Source: Octopus sinensis (Eukaryota). From it: 64,000 nucleotides of DNA. The notes beneath the pieces are model-generated. The model was not told the DNA's origin and searched no databases. It saw nothing but the letters and a program-made list of their open reading frames with translations. The stretch spans positions 143,778,001-143,842,000 of the forward strand of contig NC_043000.1 in NCBI RefSeq assembly GCF_006345805.1, given 5' to 3'. Below, piece by piece: positions 25,998-40,086 of this stretch; position 1 is the stretch's first letter; each line of letters begins with the position of its first letter. Made by a program: the position numbers and the translations under genes.

Positions 25998-26205
25998 TAG
26001 TCAATCCAAACATGAACAAGTAAGAAAAGAAACAACAACAAGGATGATGTGGAATAAGTACAGTGTTATTGGACGCTCAGGAAAGGAAAGAAAAGAAAGA
26101 GGATTTCACGTTTCGAGCGGAGATCTTCATCAGAAATATAGAAAACGTCCAAAGAAGGGAAGACGGAGAATGAAAAATCGCCAACTATACACACGCGCTC
26201 ACACA
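25998..26205 (-). mobile_element. Short (TA)n-associated element with minimal hammerhead motif (26103-26137)
   Basis: ATTT-CTGATGA-A-GATCTCCGCTC-GAAA-CGT-G-AAAT; homologous to 63080-63277 (shared TTTCCTGAGCGTCCAATAA). Confidence 0.7.
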
Positions 26206-26264
26206 CAACACAACACACACACACACACCACACACATCACACAACATATAATATATTTATATAT

Positions 26265-26295
<31 letters not shown>

Positions 26296-29052
26296 GAAAA
26301 ATATGGGTGTTTAGTTCACTGGTGATCTACACGACTAGGTACGCTGAGTAAGTGCTGTAATGGATTAGCCGGTCTCCAAGGTTATAACATACACGGGAGT
26401 TATGGAAACATTATAAATTTCCCATATTGGGATATATAATTGTTAAAGAGAACAACAAAGTGAATTCAAGACAAATATCTCCAGTCATATACATTATTAT
26501 TATTGGAAAAGCTCAAAGTCTTGTAGATGTTCCTGCGATATACCAAAGTATGTGACATTCAGTCATCGGAATGTAATACTAGAGTGGAATATGGTTACCG
26601 AATCTTGATTTGAATTACTTCATCAGATGGTGCTATTAAGTTAGTCATGGCGTGGACCTAAACTAACCGAAACCTATCAAGGTATGAAAGTATCAGAGTA
26701 TATATACATACACACTTATATATATACATACATATATATATATATAATATATATAAAACCTGGATAAAAAGTAGATATGTTTCGACCAAAGATTGGTCCA
26801 GGGCATGTTCTAACTTAATAGCACCACCTGATAGGATTATCTAAATACATATATATTATTACAATATATATATATGTATATAATATATATATATATATAA
26901 TATATTATATATATATATATATATCTATATATTATATTATATATATATATATATATTGTATCTATATATATATGATATATATATTATATGATATAATATA
27001 ATTACATATACACACACGCACACATAAATATTATACTTTTATAAGTGTGTGAGTGAGGAGCAGTTGCAGATGTTAACGAACTGTATAAAAAGTATCAATT
27101 TGAAGCCTGACCGAATATGTGAATTTAGTTACATGTACCCAAACACACTTGCATGTGCTTATACATTTTCCTTGTTTGCTCTGTTCTAATATGCATTGAG
27201 TCTATTAACAAGCTCAAATCTCCTCACCGTAATAAATGAAGAATTCTGGTTTCCCCATCTGTTTCTGCTACAGTATTACCGATGTGTCTAAAGGTGAAAC
27301 GGATTAATTAATTTGTGATTTTGTAATTATATCTCCAACAATGATGCATGTTCTCATGGGAGACACTTCGCTTCTTAGCAAAATCTTTATCCTTACAATA
27401 CTAGGTTAAAACTCCTCAAACGCATACATAATTGACAGTTGACTAGGAAGTGGTAGTGGAATAGCAAGCTGTGTGTATCTGGCATTAGAGCTGAAAGCTC
27501 TTTTAAGTGTGAGTGATGGTTACGTTTCTGCTTCTGTTAGGGGTTACGGCTGGCGATGGTGCTCTTGTAAGGATTTTCATTTAAGTACGGTTTAAGTCAA
27601 TATATTAATCTAGTGACATTTTGTTGTAACTCATTTCGTTTGAATAAAATCCACATTTACATCTATCTCTAGTAATATCCATAAATATCAATATCAACAT
27701 CCGCGTCTCTAGAAAGATGAGAATTACAATCTGATTCATTCTCTGCAACTCTCAAATATACATACATTATCGTTTACTAAGTTTCCAACTATCTCTTCTT
27801 TTACAAGAAATCTTCTTGCTTTTGATCAGCATTGCAAATACATTTGTTCTCTTCTTTACTGCTTTCATTCCAACTTCTTTATTTAGATACATTACCGAAC
27901 ATTTCTTCCAAATCCCCAAAGGTTTGCCTACCACCATCCCACTAGCTACCAATTCCTTAGAAATGTTCAGTACTTTTGCAGAATTTAATCCGAAATGACG
28001 GAAAGAAAAGAAGCATCTCATAAGAGTAAACTGTTTATCCCAGCTTAATCTCGAAAACGTCACTGATAAATTCACATGATATAAATATATACAATAAAAT
28101 ATAAATATTTGAAATGAGCAAATAAAGAAGGGAATAAAATTAAGTAGAGTATTTTAACTTTAGAAAAAAGTTTCCTCAAATAAAAATAATTAAAAAAGTA
28201 AGCAAACACGATTGGCATTTTGTTTTACTTTTTCCTTATCAATGTTTGTTTTAAAATTTTTATTGTTATTTCTTTCCCGTTTCGTTTATAATATTCTCTT
28301 TTTATAGACAGAACTCTTCAACTTTTGTTCCCTTGATACACAAGTGTACAAAGGTTAAGTAAGGTTATTGACAGATGGAACTTCATTATTAATTTATCAT
28401 TTTCAATATAATGTTCTTTTTTTTTCCAGATATTTGTTTATCGTAAGTTGTATGTGGCGAAATTTCAAGACAACCGATCGAAGCATCATGAGGTGTTTAG
28501 TAACATCAATGCATGCTCTTAGTGCAGGTCACTCTATTTAAGGATCTCCATTTCCTTGATGAAGAAAATAGCACCAGTGAAACACTGGTGTCGAACGTAT
28601 TGACGAAGATCTTCCCATCAAAATTGCTGACCGAGTTAGAAACCAATTCGGTCGGTACAGTATTGGACTTGAGGTAAACATTTGTCTTGCGGTATTTCCC
28701 CCAACTCTGTACACTGGGAATCCAAGTCTCTCGGATGTTAATTTCTCCGTTCATGCATTCTCGACCGTTTATATAAAGTATTAGTCAAGAACTGTGGCCT
28801 GCATTATCCCCTCCTCAGTATGTCATGCATTGTGTGCACATAAAAATATAAACAATTATTAATTAAGTTAGATAACAGTAATGTCTGTAGAATATCACAT
28901 TAAAGATTTATAGTATTTTTTATGTTGATTTCCCTATCTGAGTTGAAATGGGTTTTCTTCATATTTTATGACTAATTAACAACTATTAAAATAAATGACT
29001 ATGACTCTTAAAATTGGTAGGCTTGTATTGTAGTTCGACGATATTAATGTTA

Positions 29053-29245
29053 CTTTCAAATTCTGTCACAAGTCCAGCAAATTCAGGGTTGGGGGTAACA
29101 CATTTACACTGATCCTAGTACTCACTTCAGCTGGTACTTATTTTATCGGCCTCGGAATATTAAAACAGCAAAGACAACTTCTGCAGAATTTGAACACATA
29201 ATGTAAAAAGCGGACGAGTTACCACAAAGCGTTTTGCTACCTTAG
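29053..29245 (-). mobile_element. Decayed SINE family D
   Basis: GTCACAAGTCCAGCAA...CTGGTACTTATTTTATCGGCCTCGGAA...GAATTTGAAC. Confidence 0.65.
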
Positions 29246-29360
29246 TCGTTATTCATATAATCACTTATCAAACAGAACACGCAGAGAAACACACATATAT
29301 ACAATACCGCACACGCATAAGCAATGGTACACGTGGAGATAACTGAACATGCATATATAT

Positions 29361-29719
29361 ACTCTTTTTACTTGTTTCAGTCATTTGACTGCGGCCATGC
29401 TGGAGCACCGCCTTTAGTCGAGTAAATCGACCCCAGGACTTATTCTTTGTAAGCCTAGTACTTATTTTATCGGTCTATTTTGCAGAACCGCTAAGTGACG
29501 GTAATAAACACAGACACACAAACATACACACACACACATATATATATATATACATATATACGACAGGCTTCTTTGAGTTTCCGTCTACCAAATCCACTCA
29601 CAAGGCATTGGTCGGCCCGGGGCTATAGCAGAAGACACTTGCCCAAGGTGCCACGCAGTGGGACTGAACCCGGAACCGTGTGGTTGGTAAGCAAGCTACT
29701 TACCACACGGCCACTCCTG

Positions 29720-29722
<3 letters not shown>
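29361..29722 (-). mobile_element. SINE family A with a short internal deletion
   Basis: Very similar to the 12597 copy but lacks the GGACGTAAACACACC...GGGGGAC block. Confidence 0.9.
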
Positions 29723-29778
<56 letters not shown>

Positions 29779-30001
29779 GATATTTTATGTGTGTATGTGT
29801 TCGCACGAGGATATGTGTGCATGAGTGTGTGTGTGTGTATGTGTGATGTTTATGAGTGAGTATGCATGTGCATTTACAAACGTGAGAAAAGAAATACCCA
29901 ATAAAATATTCTCGAATAAGTAAAACTGATATATGTCTCTCTTTCATTCATAAGTGTACATGTGTGTGCATGTGTGTGTGTGTATGTATTTATGTATGTG
30001 T

Positions 30002-30048
<47 letters not shown>

Positions 30049-30637
30049 CGGGTGTATAATTGACGATTTACGCTGTACAACCGATACGAATGAGATCTGT
30101 GTAGAAAGAGGCAAAAATTACATTCAGACACAATTTTAAGGTAATTTTTTTCAAGGTAATTCGCTACAGTTCTTCATATAACCACTTGCGTTCTTCTGTA
30201 GATTTATGCATACAAATATACATGTGCACATAGACTTATAAATCCATACCGACATACGTGTGTAACATGTTTGCACTTACACGTCTGTATATATATGAAT
30301 GCAGTTCGTTCAAGTTGCTATATGTAATTTTTATGTACTTGCCTTGCGTGTGTATATGTGTGCTCATGCGCGAACTCTGAGTTTTCACACGTGTGATGTA
30401 TTAGTGCAAGAAAGAAGAAAATAAGAACAATTAAGCAGCTAGTGAATGGCTTTCTGCTCTTATACTTGTCAAGAACACGCTTTCGTCTAAAAGCTTTTTC
30501 TAATCTATTTCCTCGGAACTGGTTCTTTTTCAAATCCCACCACTCACAGGAATATTCGAAATATATTATTATCAATCTATCACAAATGATTGCACACTAT
30601 CTATTGATATATGATATTGCAGAGAAAGAGCTACTGC

Positions 30638-30638
<1 letters not shown>

Positions 30639-30701
<63 letters not shown>

Positions 30702-30791
30702 TATTATTATTATTATTATTACTATTATTATCATCATCATCAGTATTATTATTATTATTACTATTATTATTATTAGTAGTAGTAGTAGTAT

Positions 30792-30872
<81 letters not shown>

Positions 30873-30900
30873 GAGGAGGAGGAGGAGGAGGAGGAGGAGG
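30639..30900. repeat. Compound trinucleotide microsatellite (TAT)n-(AGT)n-(AGG)n
   Basis: Direct read. Confidence 0.95.
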
Positions 30901-32628
30901 ACGATGGAGGTGGTGTTGGGATGGTGTTGTTAGTAAAAACATTCAGCTTTGTCCATTCTATGCAGAATAATAATGTCTTATGAAATTATCCGTATGTTTC
31001 ACTTAACCAACTGTGCATCATGCAGACAGATTTCTATAAATTTTAGCGATCAGAAATAGGTCATGTTACTGGAGATCTACTTTTATATATCGTGTAATGC
31101 TTCTAAATCAGAAATACACACGAACAGGCAATGAAAAAAATACAAAGAAATGAATTATACTTTTATAGACGAAAGGTTAATAATATTCACGGAAAATATG
31201 TTAACCCGCTATTGAAACGCTACTTTCACCGATATTTTTATCAGGTCAAGCGGCAATTCTCGCTTAAATTACACCTCACTAATATAAAAAAGACCTCGCT
31301 AGAATGCATTGTTTAAGAGACAACTGCCTGGAAAATGCATCAGAATTGTCACAGCTTGAATGCCTTTGATCATAGGAATGATCATTGGAATTGTGATGTA
31401 ACAACACGAACATATAAAAAAAGAGTAAATCTAAATAATTGTTTACGAGACTGTTTATATACTTGCTCTAAACTAGCTTTCTGATAAAACATACTAAGCA
31501 TTTCTGATATCTCTGCTATTTCGTTCACCTCACTTCGGTTTTTTGCGTTGTAGATAAATTACTGACGACTAACGATATTTGTCATCTTTTGTTGTGGGGA
31601 GTTACGTTAACGATAGCATTCTGGTATTTTTAAAGTGTAAGCCGTGAAGTACCTAAAATTATTGTGTAGAGTCATCAAATCTACAGCAAAATTTTGTTTT
31701 TAATGTGTTGCACATTCTATGCAACGCTATCTTACGACACCTAGTTCTTGCAAACAAGTGTAAAACACACTAACCGTATCATCTTGGACCGACTGACATC
31801 CTTACAGGTGGGTATTTATCTGCGATCATTTTCACGCTCTTAAATTATTGTTATGCCATCCAAGGAGGCACTTCAAATACCATGTTATGGAGTATGTGCT
31901 TACAAGTGGAACAAGTGAAAGCTACAAAACTAACCATATTTTACTGACCGTACTTCGTTTGTAGTTGCTAAATTATTTTCTTCTACGTCTGTTGATAAAT
32001 CAAACTTAAAACCCTCTCAAACGAAATTATCATAATCCGAATGATCACTAAATCGTATTTATTTTGTTTCTAAAAGAAATTACGTAGCAGTACATAAGGG
32101 AAATGTGCATTGCTAGTGACAGAACAATATGCATTAAACTCACTATCAAATACATCCACGTCAACGTCAATAATGAGAAAAGCTGGATGACTCTTATGTC
32201 CTAAGAAACCTGTGTTCTTTGTCTGTGAGTACATTGCAAGTAAACAAGCAAGAGGTAGCACGTGGAAAAGAAAGCAAACATTGTAAATTTGCTGTTTTTG
32301 CTTTTATATTTTACATTCCAATACAAATCATTAGGTTATGAATCGGAAACTTAAAAAGACCATATCAAAAACACTCAGCACAAATTGTTCCAATATAGGT
32401 TAAGCTTCAGTAGATAGAACGAAAATGGTCAGTGTTAAGTATGAAATAGAGAGGGAATGTAATGTTCTATACATTTAGTTGATACTATTTGATTCTCGAA
32501 GATGTATAGCTGCGAGATATGCTGCTTTTACTTCAAAAATACACATATTAAATATCATTTCCTTGATATACATATAAATATACTTACACATATATATGTA
32601 TGTGCATGTGTGTATGTGTGTATGTGTG

Positions 32629-32667
<39 letters not shown>

Positions 32668-32671
32668 ACAT

Positions 32672-32810
32672 ATGCGGAAGTTGGCGGTGTGTTAAGAAGC
32701 TTGCTTCCCGACGTGACACCTTCGATGAGGTCATTCAGCAATAGCCTCTAGCCTAACAAAGCTTTTGGAGTGACGGAAAATGAAAGAAGCCCGTCTTATA
32801 TATATGTATA
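32672..32810 (+). mobile_element. Decayed 5' part of SINE family A
   Basis: GTGTGTTAAGAAGCTTGCTTCCC...GACGGAAAATGAAAGAAGCCCGTC. Confidence 0.6.
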
Positions 32811-34229
32811 TATATGTGTGTGTGTGTCCATGTGTGAGTGTGTGTGTCTGTGTGTCTGTGTGTCTGTGATTGTGTGCTTTTATATATGTGTGCACTATAT
32901 GTGCTTGCATATGTGTGTGTGTACCTCTGTATCACTCTGTGTGCATGTCTGAGTGTGTGTGTGTGTGTGTGTGTGTATGTTTTGCAACTCTGTACCGTGT
33001 TTGTATGTATGTATGTGCATCTCCATATGTGTGGACGTGTGTCTCCATATGTGTCCTTGTGTGAATTATATAACGTCATGTGTTTCAGTCCTCATTTGTG
33101 TATGTGTGCTTCTCTGTTCATATAACCTTTGTACCGTCTGTATCCTGATCTATTTACTTTCATATCCATATGCATACATACATCGATGTACATAACAGCC
33201 CACTAACAAATCTATTCTACCTGTGTAAACTGGGCATGGGGCTATTTTACGATATCTACTATGTATATTTCCTATTTAGTATTGGGGAAGTTTCATTTAT
33301 GAGGGCGTACACGTGTATTTGTCTGAGTGTTAGGTCCTTTGGGTGCTTGGATAAGATGCAGATATGAAGTTGACCCAGGGTGCCTCCATGTTGGTATGGC
33401 AGATTGTTTATATATATATATATATATAAACAATCTATGTGGTGGCGTATGTGTGTGTATTTGACACACACAAACACATACACAGGCACGTACTTTATTT
33501 TTGATGCAGCATATTGTAATATGACGTAGCAGATTGTTACATATAAGGCAAGCAATTGTCATTATTTCACACACGTCTTGCTACTTGGGAGTAGATCTGT
33601 CACATAAAGCATTTTTGCGTGCCTGGTACGTTAATTTAGAATAAATGCACCACTATATATAGATGAATATAATAATAATATAATATAATCATCGAGAATT
33701 TGTTGCTATTTCTAAGGTCTGATAATATTGCCACATAGATTCCTCATGGAAGCGGTTCATTGTGAAATACTGTCCTCTTTATATATTTATACACTTAATT
33801 ACCTTTCTAAAATCTTTTTTCATTTTATTTCAAAAGTTCTCAGTAAGAAAATGTGTCTGGAACATAGACTTGTGAGAAATCAGCTAGCTGTTAGTTTCCT
33901 GCAAATTGTACAGCCGTATATTTGATTTGCTCGATTCAGAATATATGCAGACTTTCAATCCTAAACACCATCTATACATGTGAAAGCCACGTAATTATGG
34001 ATGTTCGGAAATCTTTTAGCCGGTCTCTAGGATTAAAAATGTAGGTATTGCATCTCTTGCTCAGGTTTACCGAAATGGAAGCATTGATCGTATTCCTTCT
34101 CCCTTTTGCTTGGTCTCCTGTTCAGCTCGTTTCTGTGTTGAGAAACGACGAAATTCTTTCCGTGGCCTCGTCTCGGCAAAACTACTTACTTTATACTAAC
34201 CTAGATTGTGGAGGATGTAGAAAATAGAG

Positions 34230-34530
34230 AATACCAAACGAGTTCCCTATGGATACCGTATTTATTACGAGTGGCTTGTATACGGTATCCATAGGGAATG
34301 AGTTTGGTATTTTATTTATTACACACGAATAAACGACCATATTTTATTAAACCCAATAACTAAATTCTTCACGTTTAGTTGTAACTTATTAAATGACAAA
34401 AGTAGTGCCATCACCGTGACCTCAGGTCATCACCATGGATTGACCAATCAGAAGCAGCGCTCGCAGTATCTGACATATGTTTAGTTACCAAAAATATCTC
34501 AAAGTGTTCTCACTCACATGTGTGTAATAA
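34230..34530. mobile_element. Putative non-autonomous DNA element with hairpin and short inverted repeats
   Basis: Hairpin AATACCAAAC..TTCCCTATGGATACCGTA / TACGGTATCCATAGGGAA..GTTTGGTATT (34230-34311) and TTATTACACAC / GTGTGTAATAA (34316, 34520). Confidence 0.5.
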
Positions 34531-35964
34531 TATATAGTAATAAACTGGTTTAAGACATTAGGTGTGGCTATCAATATCAGTAGAAATTATTTTCTACTTG
34601 GAAAAGAAATGACTATTTAATGACATAATGAATGACTTAAATTTACTGCCAGCTAGCGTTTGACTTACTAAGGGTTAAAGAAAAAAAAAAGAATGTAAGA
34701 CAATTATAATGTACTTAATTTCTGTGGGCTAACATGAACAAGAGTAACAAAACTGAGTTATTTTCAGTGAAGACCAAATGAAATATATTTCCCGAAAAAT
34801 CTATTTAACAGGAAATGTAAAACCACATTTTGTATGAAAATGTATGATTTCACCAGGTCTAATATTGAAAGGTTGGAAAATAAGAGATAGTCATGACCCA
34901 CATATACAATAGCTTGGCGTGAGATTTGATCCACAGACGATTTGTGTCAACATGTATTGTATGCAATAAGCGATTAAATCCAAAGAATCGTTGACGTGGC
35001 CAGCAACACGCCCTGAAATCTGACAAGTGACAGAGACTAATATCAGCACTACAATATAAGACCACACAGACAGACAGACACACACACACACACACACACA
35101 CATACACACACAAACACGTGCGCACGTACACAAGCATGCATAGACAAATAGTTATTTAAATCGATAGATAGATAGTTACATACATACATACGTTCATAAT
35201 GTATAGATACATACATACAAAGATAAAACTGAGAGCAGAAGGGGGATACCTTTCAGTTAATTTAAACAATGAAAAGTTAATTTAGCAGCAGACAATGTTT
35301 TGAACATATGCAATGCACTATTTTCATATTCAGGAATTGATTTTTCTATAAAGTGTTATGTTTTATTAAAGTTGTAACACGTTGTTGTGTTAATAAAAAA
35401 ACGCATATTTATCATCGATTTTGTTCTTCTATTCTTTACCAATATTTAATTTACAATACAAAAAAGAACTATTTAAAGAAAATAATCAATCAAGCTCTTC
35501 AGCTTGTTGAATAACGTTAGTGAATTCGTGACGTTTTATTCAAAGACATTTCCCTGTTTGCAGTCTCCTCTGAATCAGTTTGTGAGAACCAGTACACTCA
35601 TTCACCATTTCTATCATCATTACATATGCGATTGTATTCATATTGTTAGCTGTAAAATTTATCTTTCATATGCATTCACTATGCTAATTAGAATTTATGC
35701 GTGCAAATACAATATATGTATCTGCGTGTCTATGTGTGTATAATATATTCGTAAAAAATACATATGTACGCAACAGAACAGCAAACGCTTGTTTCATCTA
35801 ATATATATAATGCGTTATTCGTCGGAATTGCTAGAGGAATATACAAGGATGGCCCTATGCATTGTTTCGTGTATCAGCGTGTTTAAAATTATGTATAAAA
35901 TGCCGATAAAATTTGAAAGGTGTATTCAGAGATAGCATTTAGAAACATTGACATACCTTTTGCC

Positions 35965-36228
35965 TTAAGTTTGCTTCGGTCTTTTGAGTGCGGCCATAAT
36001 GGGACATCCCTTAGAAGGGTTTGGTCCGAAAACTAAATACTAACACTTATAATATCGGTTTCTTTTCGTAGATTATGGGGAAGTAAACAGACCAACACTG
36101 GCTATCAAGCAGTGTGACAGACAAATACACACATGCACAAACACTGACACACACAAACACATATATACACGAAGAGCTTCTTTCAGTCTCCCTCTATAAG
36201 ATCGACTTCAAAGTCTTTTGTCGGTATA
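35965..36228 (-). mobile_element. Decayed SINE family A
   Basis: TGCGGCCAT...TATCGGTTTCTTT...GTAAACAGACCAACACTGGCTATCAAGC...GCTTCTTTCAGT. Confidence 0.6.
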
Positions 36229-36721
36229 TACTTGTAATAAATTATGATAGTTGTATGGCTGTCAATGAAGGAATATTTCCCCCAAAATATATTTCACTCT
36301 GTCACTCTTCATCATCAATATTCAATATACTTGAACAGGTACTTTACTGTACTCAGTTGGAATATATATAATATTGAGGCACGGTTCAGCTGCTAATAGA
36401 CCAAGAATGACGCAAACAAAAGTGTTGCCTTAAATCTTAAGGCGAGCTAGTAAACATATGAAAAGATTTCAAAATGCATCTGTGTATTATCTATTGTCTC
36501 AAAATAACGTGTAAAATTTATATGAAAGTATATATCTAGGCATCAGTTTCTGTACTAATAGATATAAATTACTCGGCTTATAGCTTCTCTGAAATATCAT
36601 TTTCTCTGCTTTACACGAAGATAAGCATTATAGTGCTACATTTTTCCCCCTTAAATTGTAGGCTATGAAGCAAGCACATTCACAATTAAAGAAGTATATC
36701 AATATAACACCACAGCATACA

Positions 36722-36784
<63 letters not shown>

Positions 36785-36831
36785 GTGTGTGTGTGTGTAT
36801 GTGTGTGTGTATATGTATATCTGCCGTAGTG

Positions 36832-36867
<36 letters not shown>

Positions 36868-37473
36868 CATATTACCAACAGAAATTATTATTCTCTTTCG
36901 CATCTCAGACAAGTAAACACATTGATTCAAAGTTTAGAAGCAGATAAGTAAAACTGATATAAAAGGAGTATAGGTTTTGTAATGCTTTATCTAGAACAAT
37001 ATTATTCATGTATTACTAATAATCTACCACGTAATTTATTTCTTCATCCAAGACACTGTATTATTCGTTTAACAAAACACTATCTAAATTGATATGTTAA
37101 AGGTAAAAACAACATTGAACTGAGATAAATATTATAATCTGTATTAAATTGTCTAACCAATCCACTGTTTTACTCGTGTTTATCTAGTGTTTTCAGAAAA
37201 ATATATTTGAATGTAAAAGTAATAGAGAAACATGTTGCATTTCCTCGTGCATATTCTCATGTGTTCCATTGCACCTACACCCATACACACATGTGGCACA
37301 CAGAAACGCGAGCGCGCACACATACACATACACACAAACACGTATGCATTTACATATATATTATAAATATTTGTATATAAAGCCAGTATTTATAATATGG
37401 AAACTTGTTGCTTTCATGATCAGTATAGTAATTTTTATAATTATTAAGAATTGTAAAATAGTACCATTAGATA

Positions 37474-37505
<32 letters not shown>

Positions 37506-37646
37506 TAGTAGTAGTAGTAGTAGTAGTAATAGTAGTAGTAGTAGTAGCGGTGACAGTGGTAGTAGTAGTAGTAGAAGTAGTGGTGGTGGTGGTGGTGATG
37601 GTGGTGGTGGTAGTAGTAGTAGTGGTGGTAGCGGTGGTGGTGGTGA

Positions 37647-37695
<49 letters not shown>
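37474..37695. repeat. (AGT)n/(GGT)n microsatellite
   Basis: Direct read. Confidence 0.95.
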
Positions 37696-37696
<1 letters not shown>

Positions 37697-38490
37697 AATC
37701 GAATTGTGCCACCCTTGTATATTCCTCTAACAACTCCGACGATTAAAGCATTAGTCATCCCGAAAATATATTTGATGGGACTTGCCGAAAATGTCGCAGA
37801 ATTGGATGGAATCCAGAAACATGTGGCTGCGAAACGAACTTTTTACCTATAGAATACATTGCATATGTTGACTAAAGAAATTATACGCGACATCATTTTC
37901 TTAATATTTTGTGTCTTGGAGATTTGGGAATTAAAGAATTGCGAAATAGATCAACCGAATTCTTTTGTTTCTTACTATCATTTATTTCATTTTCTTTTAT
38001 ATTTTTCTGATACGTCAATATCCGTAATACGTCAGTGCTTTGATTAGTTAATATCCGTATTTCGATACTGGTACGTCGATCTTCTAGAAATGGAGGAGAC
38101 ACCTCGGAAATTGAATATGATTACCTACCTAAACTTAAATTTGAATAAATGTTTAGAAAACGATTTGTGTTTTGGCAGGCCTAACATATTTTTTCCACAT
38201 CAAAAGATTTCAAGATTGAAATAGTCGGCAAGTAATGAGGGAGAATGTTCGAGAAACTATGCAACATAATTTGAATAATTCTTGCGTAGTTTATAAAGCC
38301 AGTCAGTTACACAAATACCAAAAGAAACATATATATATACACACATTTATATAAGCATATAAATATATGCACACACATACATCTATGTATAATATACGTG
38401 TATATGCGCACAGCTATACATATAGAAAGGCATATATACGCACACATACATACATATGGAAATAAATATGCAAATATATACAGTATAAGC

Positions 38491-38556
<66 letters not shown>

Positions 38557-40053
38557 TACATACACATACACAAACGCGTACGCATGCACACATATATGCA
38601 GATATATACGCATTTACAGTTACACATATACATACATAAACACTCAGTATACATGGCCATTTTAATATGTGCGTGTATGTTCATGGTCATATGTGTGTGT
38701 TTATATGTAACAGCAAAGATCTGGCGGTTGCGTCAATGCAAATTGTATGACGAAGATCATTCAGTCTAGGTATACTTTACGTCATAATGAATGGTCACTG
38801 CACTTATAAAAGAATTTCTCTTGCTCGGGCTATCAGAAGTTAAATGAAATGTAATGCCAGCATGAATGAGTGGGAAGAAACAAGCTACACTCGAAATCTC
38901 TTTGACACCTACCTCGCTCCATTATAACTTTGGTGGATGTTTGATGGTTTCATGGTGTTGCTTGTCAGTCACCTGACATTTGCTTTATGCACTAAGAATG
39001 TAGCAATACTGCCACAAACTGACACAAACCCACACATGCTTACATATATATTTATATATAACTAACACGGAATTTGGTTGAAATAGTGTAAGAAAGTGTT
39101 TAGTAAGCTAGGGTTATGAAGTGGGTAGGTGACGAAAAGTTATTGAACAAATATTTATAATTCTATAGCTCATTTAATAGAGATCATCGCAGTACTTAAC
39201 TGTTTTTGTACATGCATCATAGCCATCGATTCACGGAGGTTGAGGATGATACGATGTTAGAACAAAGTTAGTATGAACATTCTTCAGCTGTTTACATTGT
39301 CCATGCAACAAAATAAAGAAACTAGTACCACGCGAATTTCTGATTTGAAAGATATCTATTCGGAGCTTGTTAAGCGATAACTCATATTGCAAAGCAATTC
39401 TTCATAGCTTCCAGCATGTAAAACCACGTAGCGCAAAAGTATCAAGAAAGGACAAAAAAAAAACATACTAAATCACATGGTCAAGCACAATTACGTTTCA
39501 GAGGCTCATCTCGAAGCTAAATATGCGGATTTCAAGCGAAGAAGTAGTTCAGCTGAAACAATGAACAAAACCATGAGAAAGTAGGTTATTAGTATTCCTG
39601 ATACTTCATTATATACCTTTCAGTAATCATCAATCAATCAAATCGATATGTGTCGTCTAATGGAATGAGGGTTAACCAAAATCAGCTATATGTACTTCGT
39701 TACTACGTTATAGATCGGGTCTACATTGACGCTTGGTAGACTGCATTTTACGGGATTAGGTGTTTAACGTAACCAAACAATTTTAGCACTAATTGCTATG
39801 GAAATTTGACGTGGATGGAGCGACAACTTACTATGTATATAGAAATATATAAGTACACACAATACACAAAGATATACATAAATACTTGCACTCACATGCA
39901 CACACAGACAGAGTACTACACCGTTAACGTCTGACGTTATGCGGTTACACACACAAATATATGTTACAAAACAAACCACCAAACGCTTACATGCTTATCG
40001 ATATGTGTATGCCAATATGTATATACGCACATTTATACAAATATATAATGAAG

Positions 40054-40086
<33 letters not shown>

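Noticed and set aside
27767-28075. 102-aa ORF of complex sequence
   Set aside because: No recognisable domain or clear splice context; length compatible with chance.
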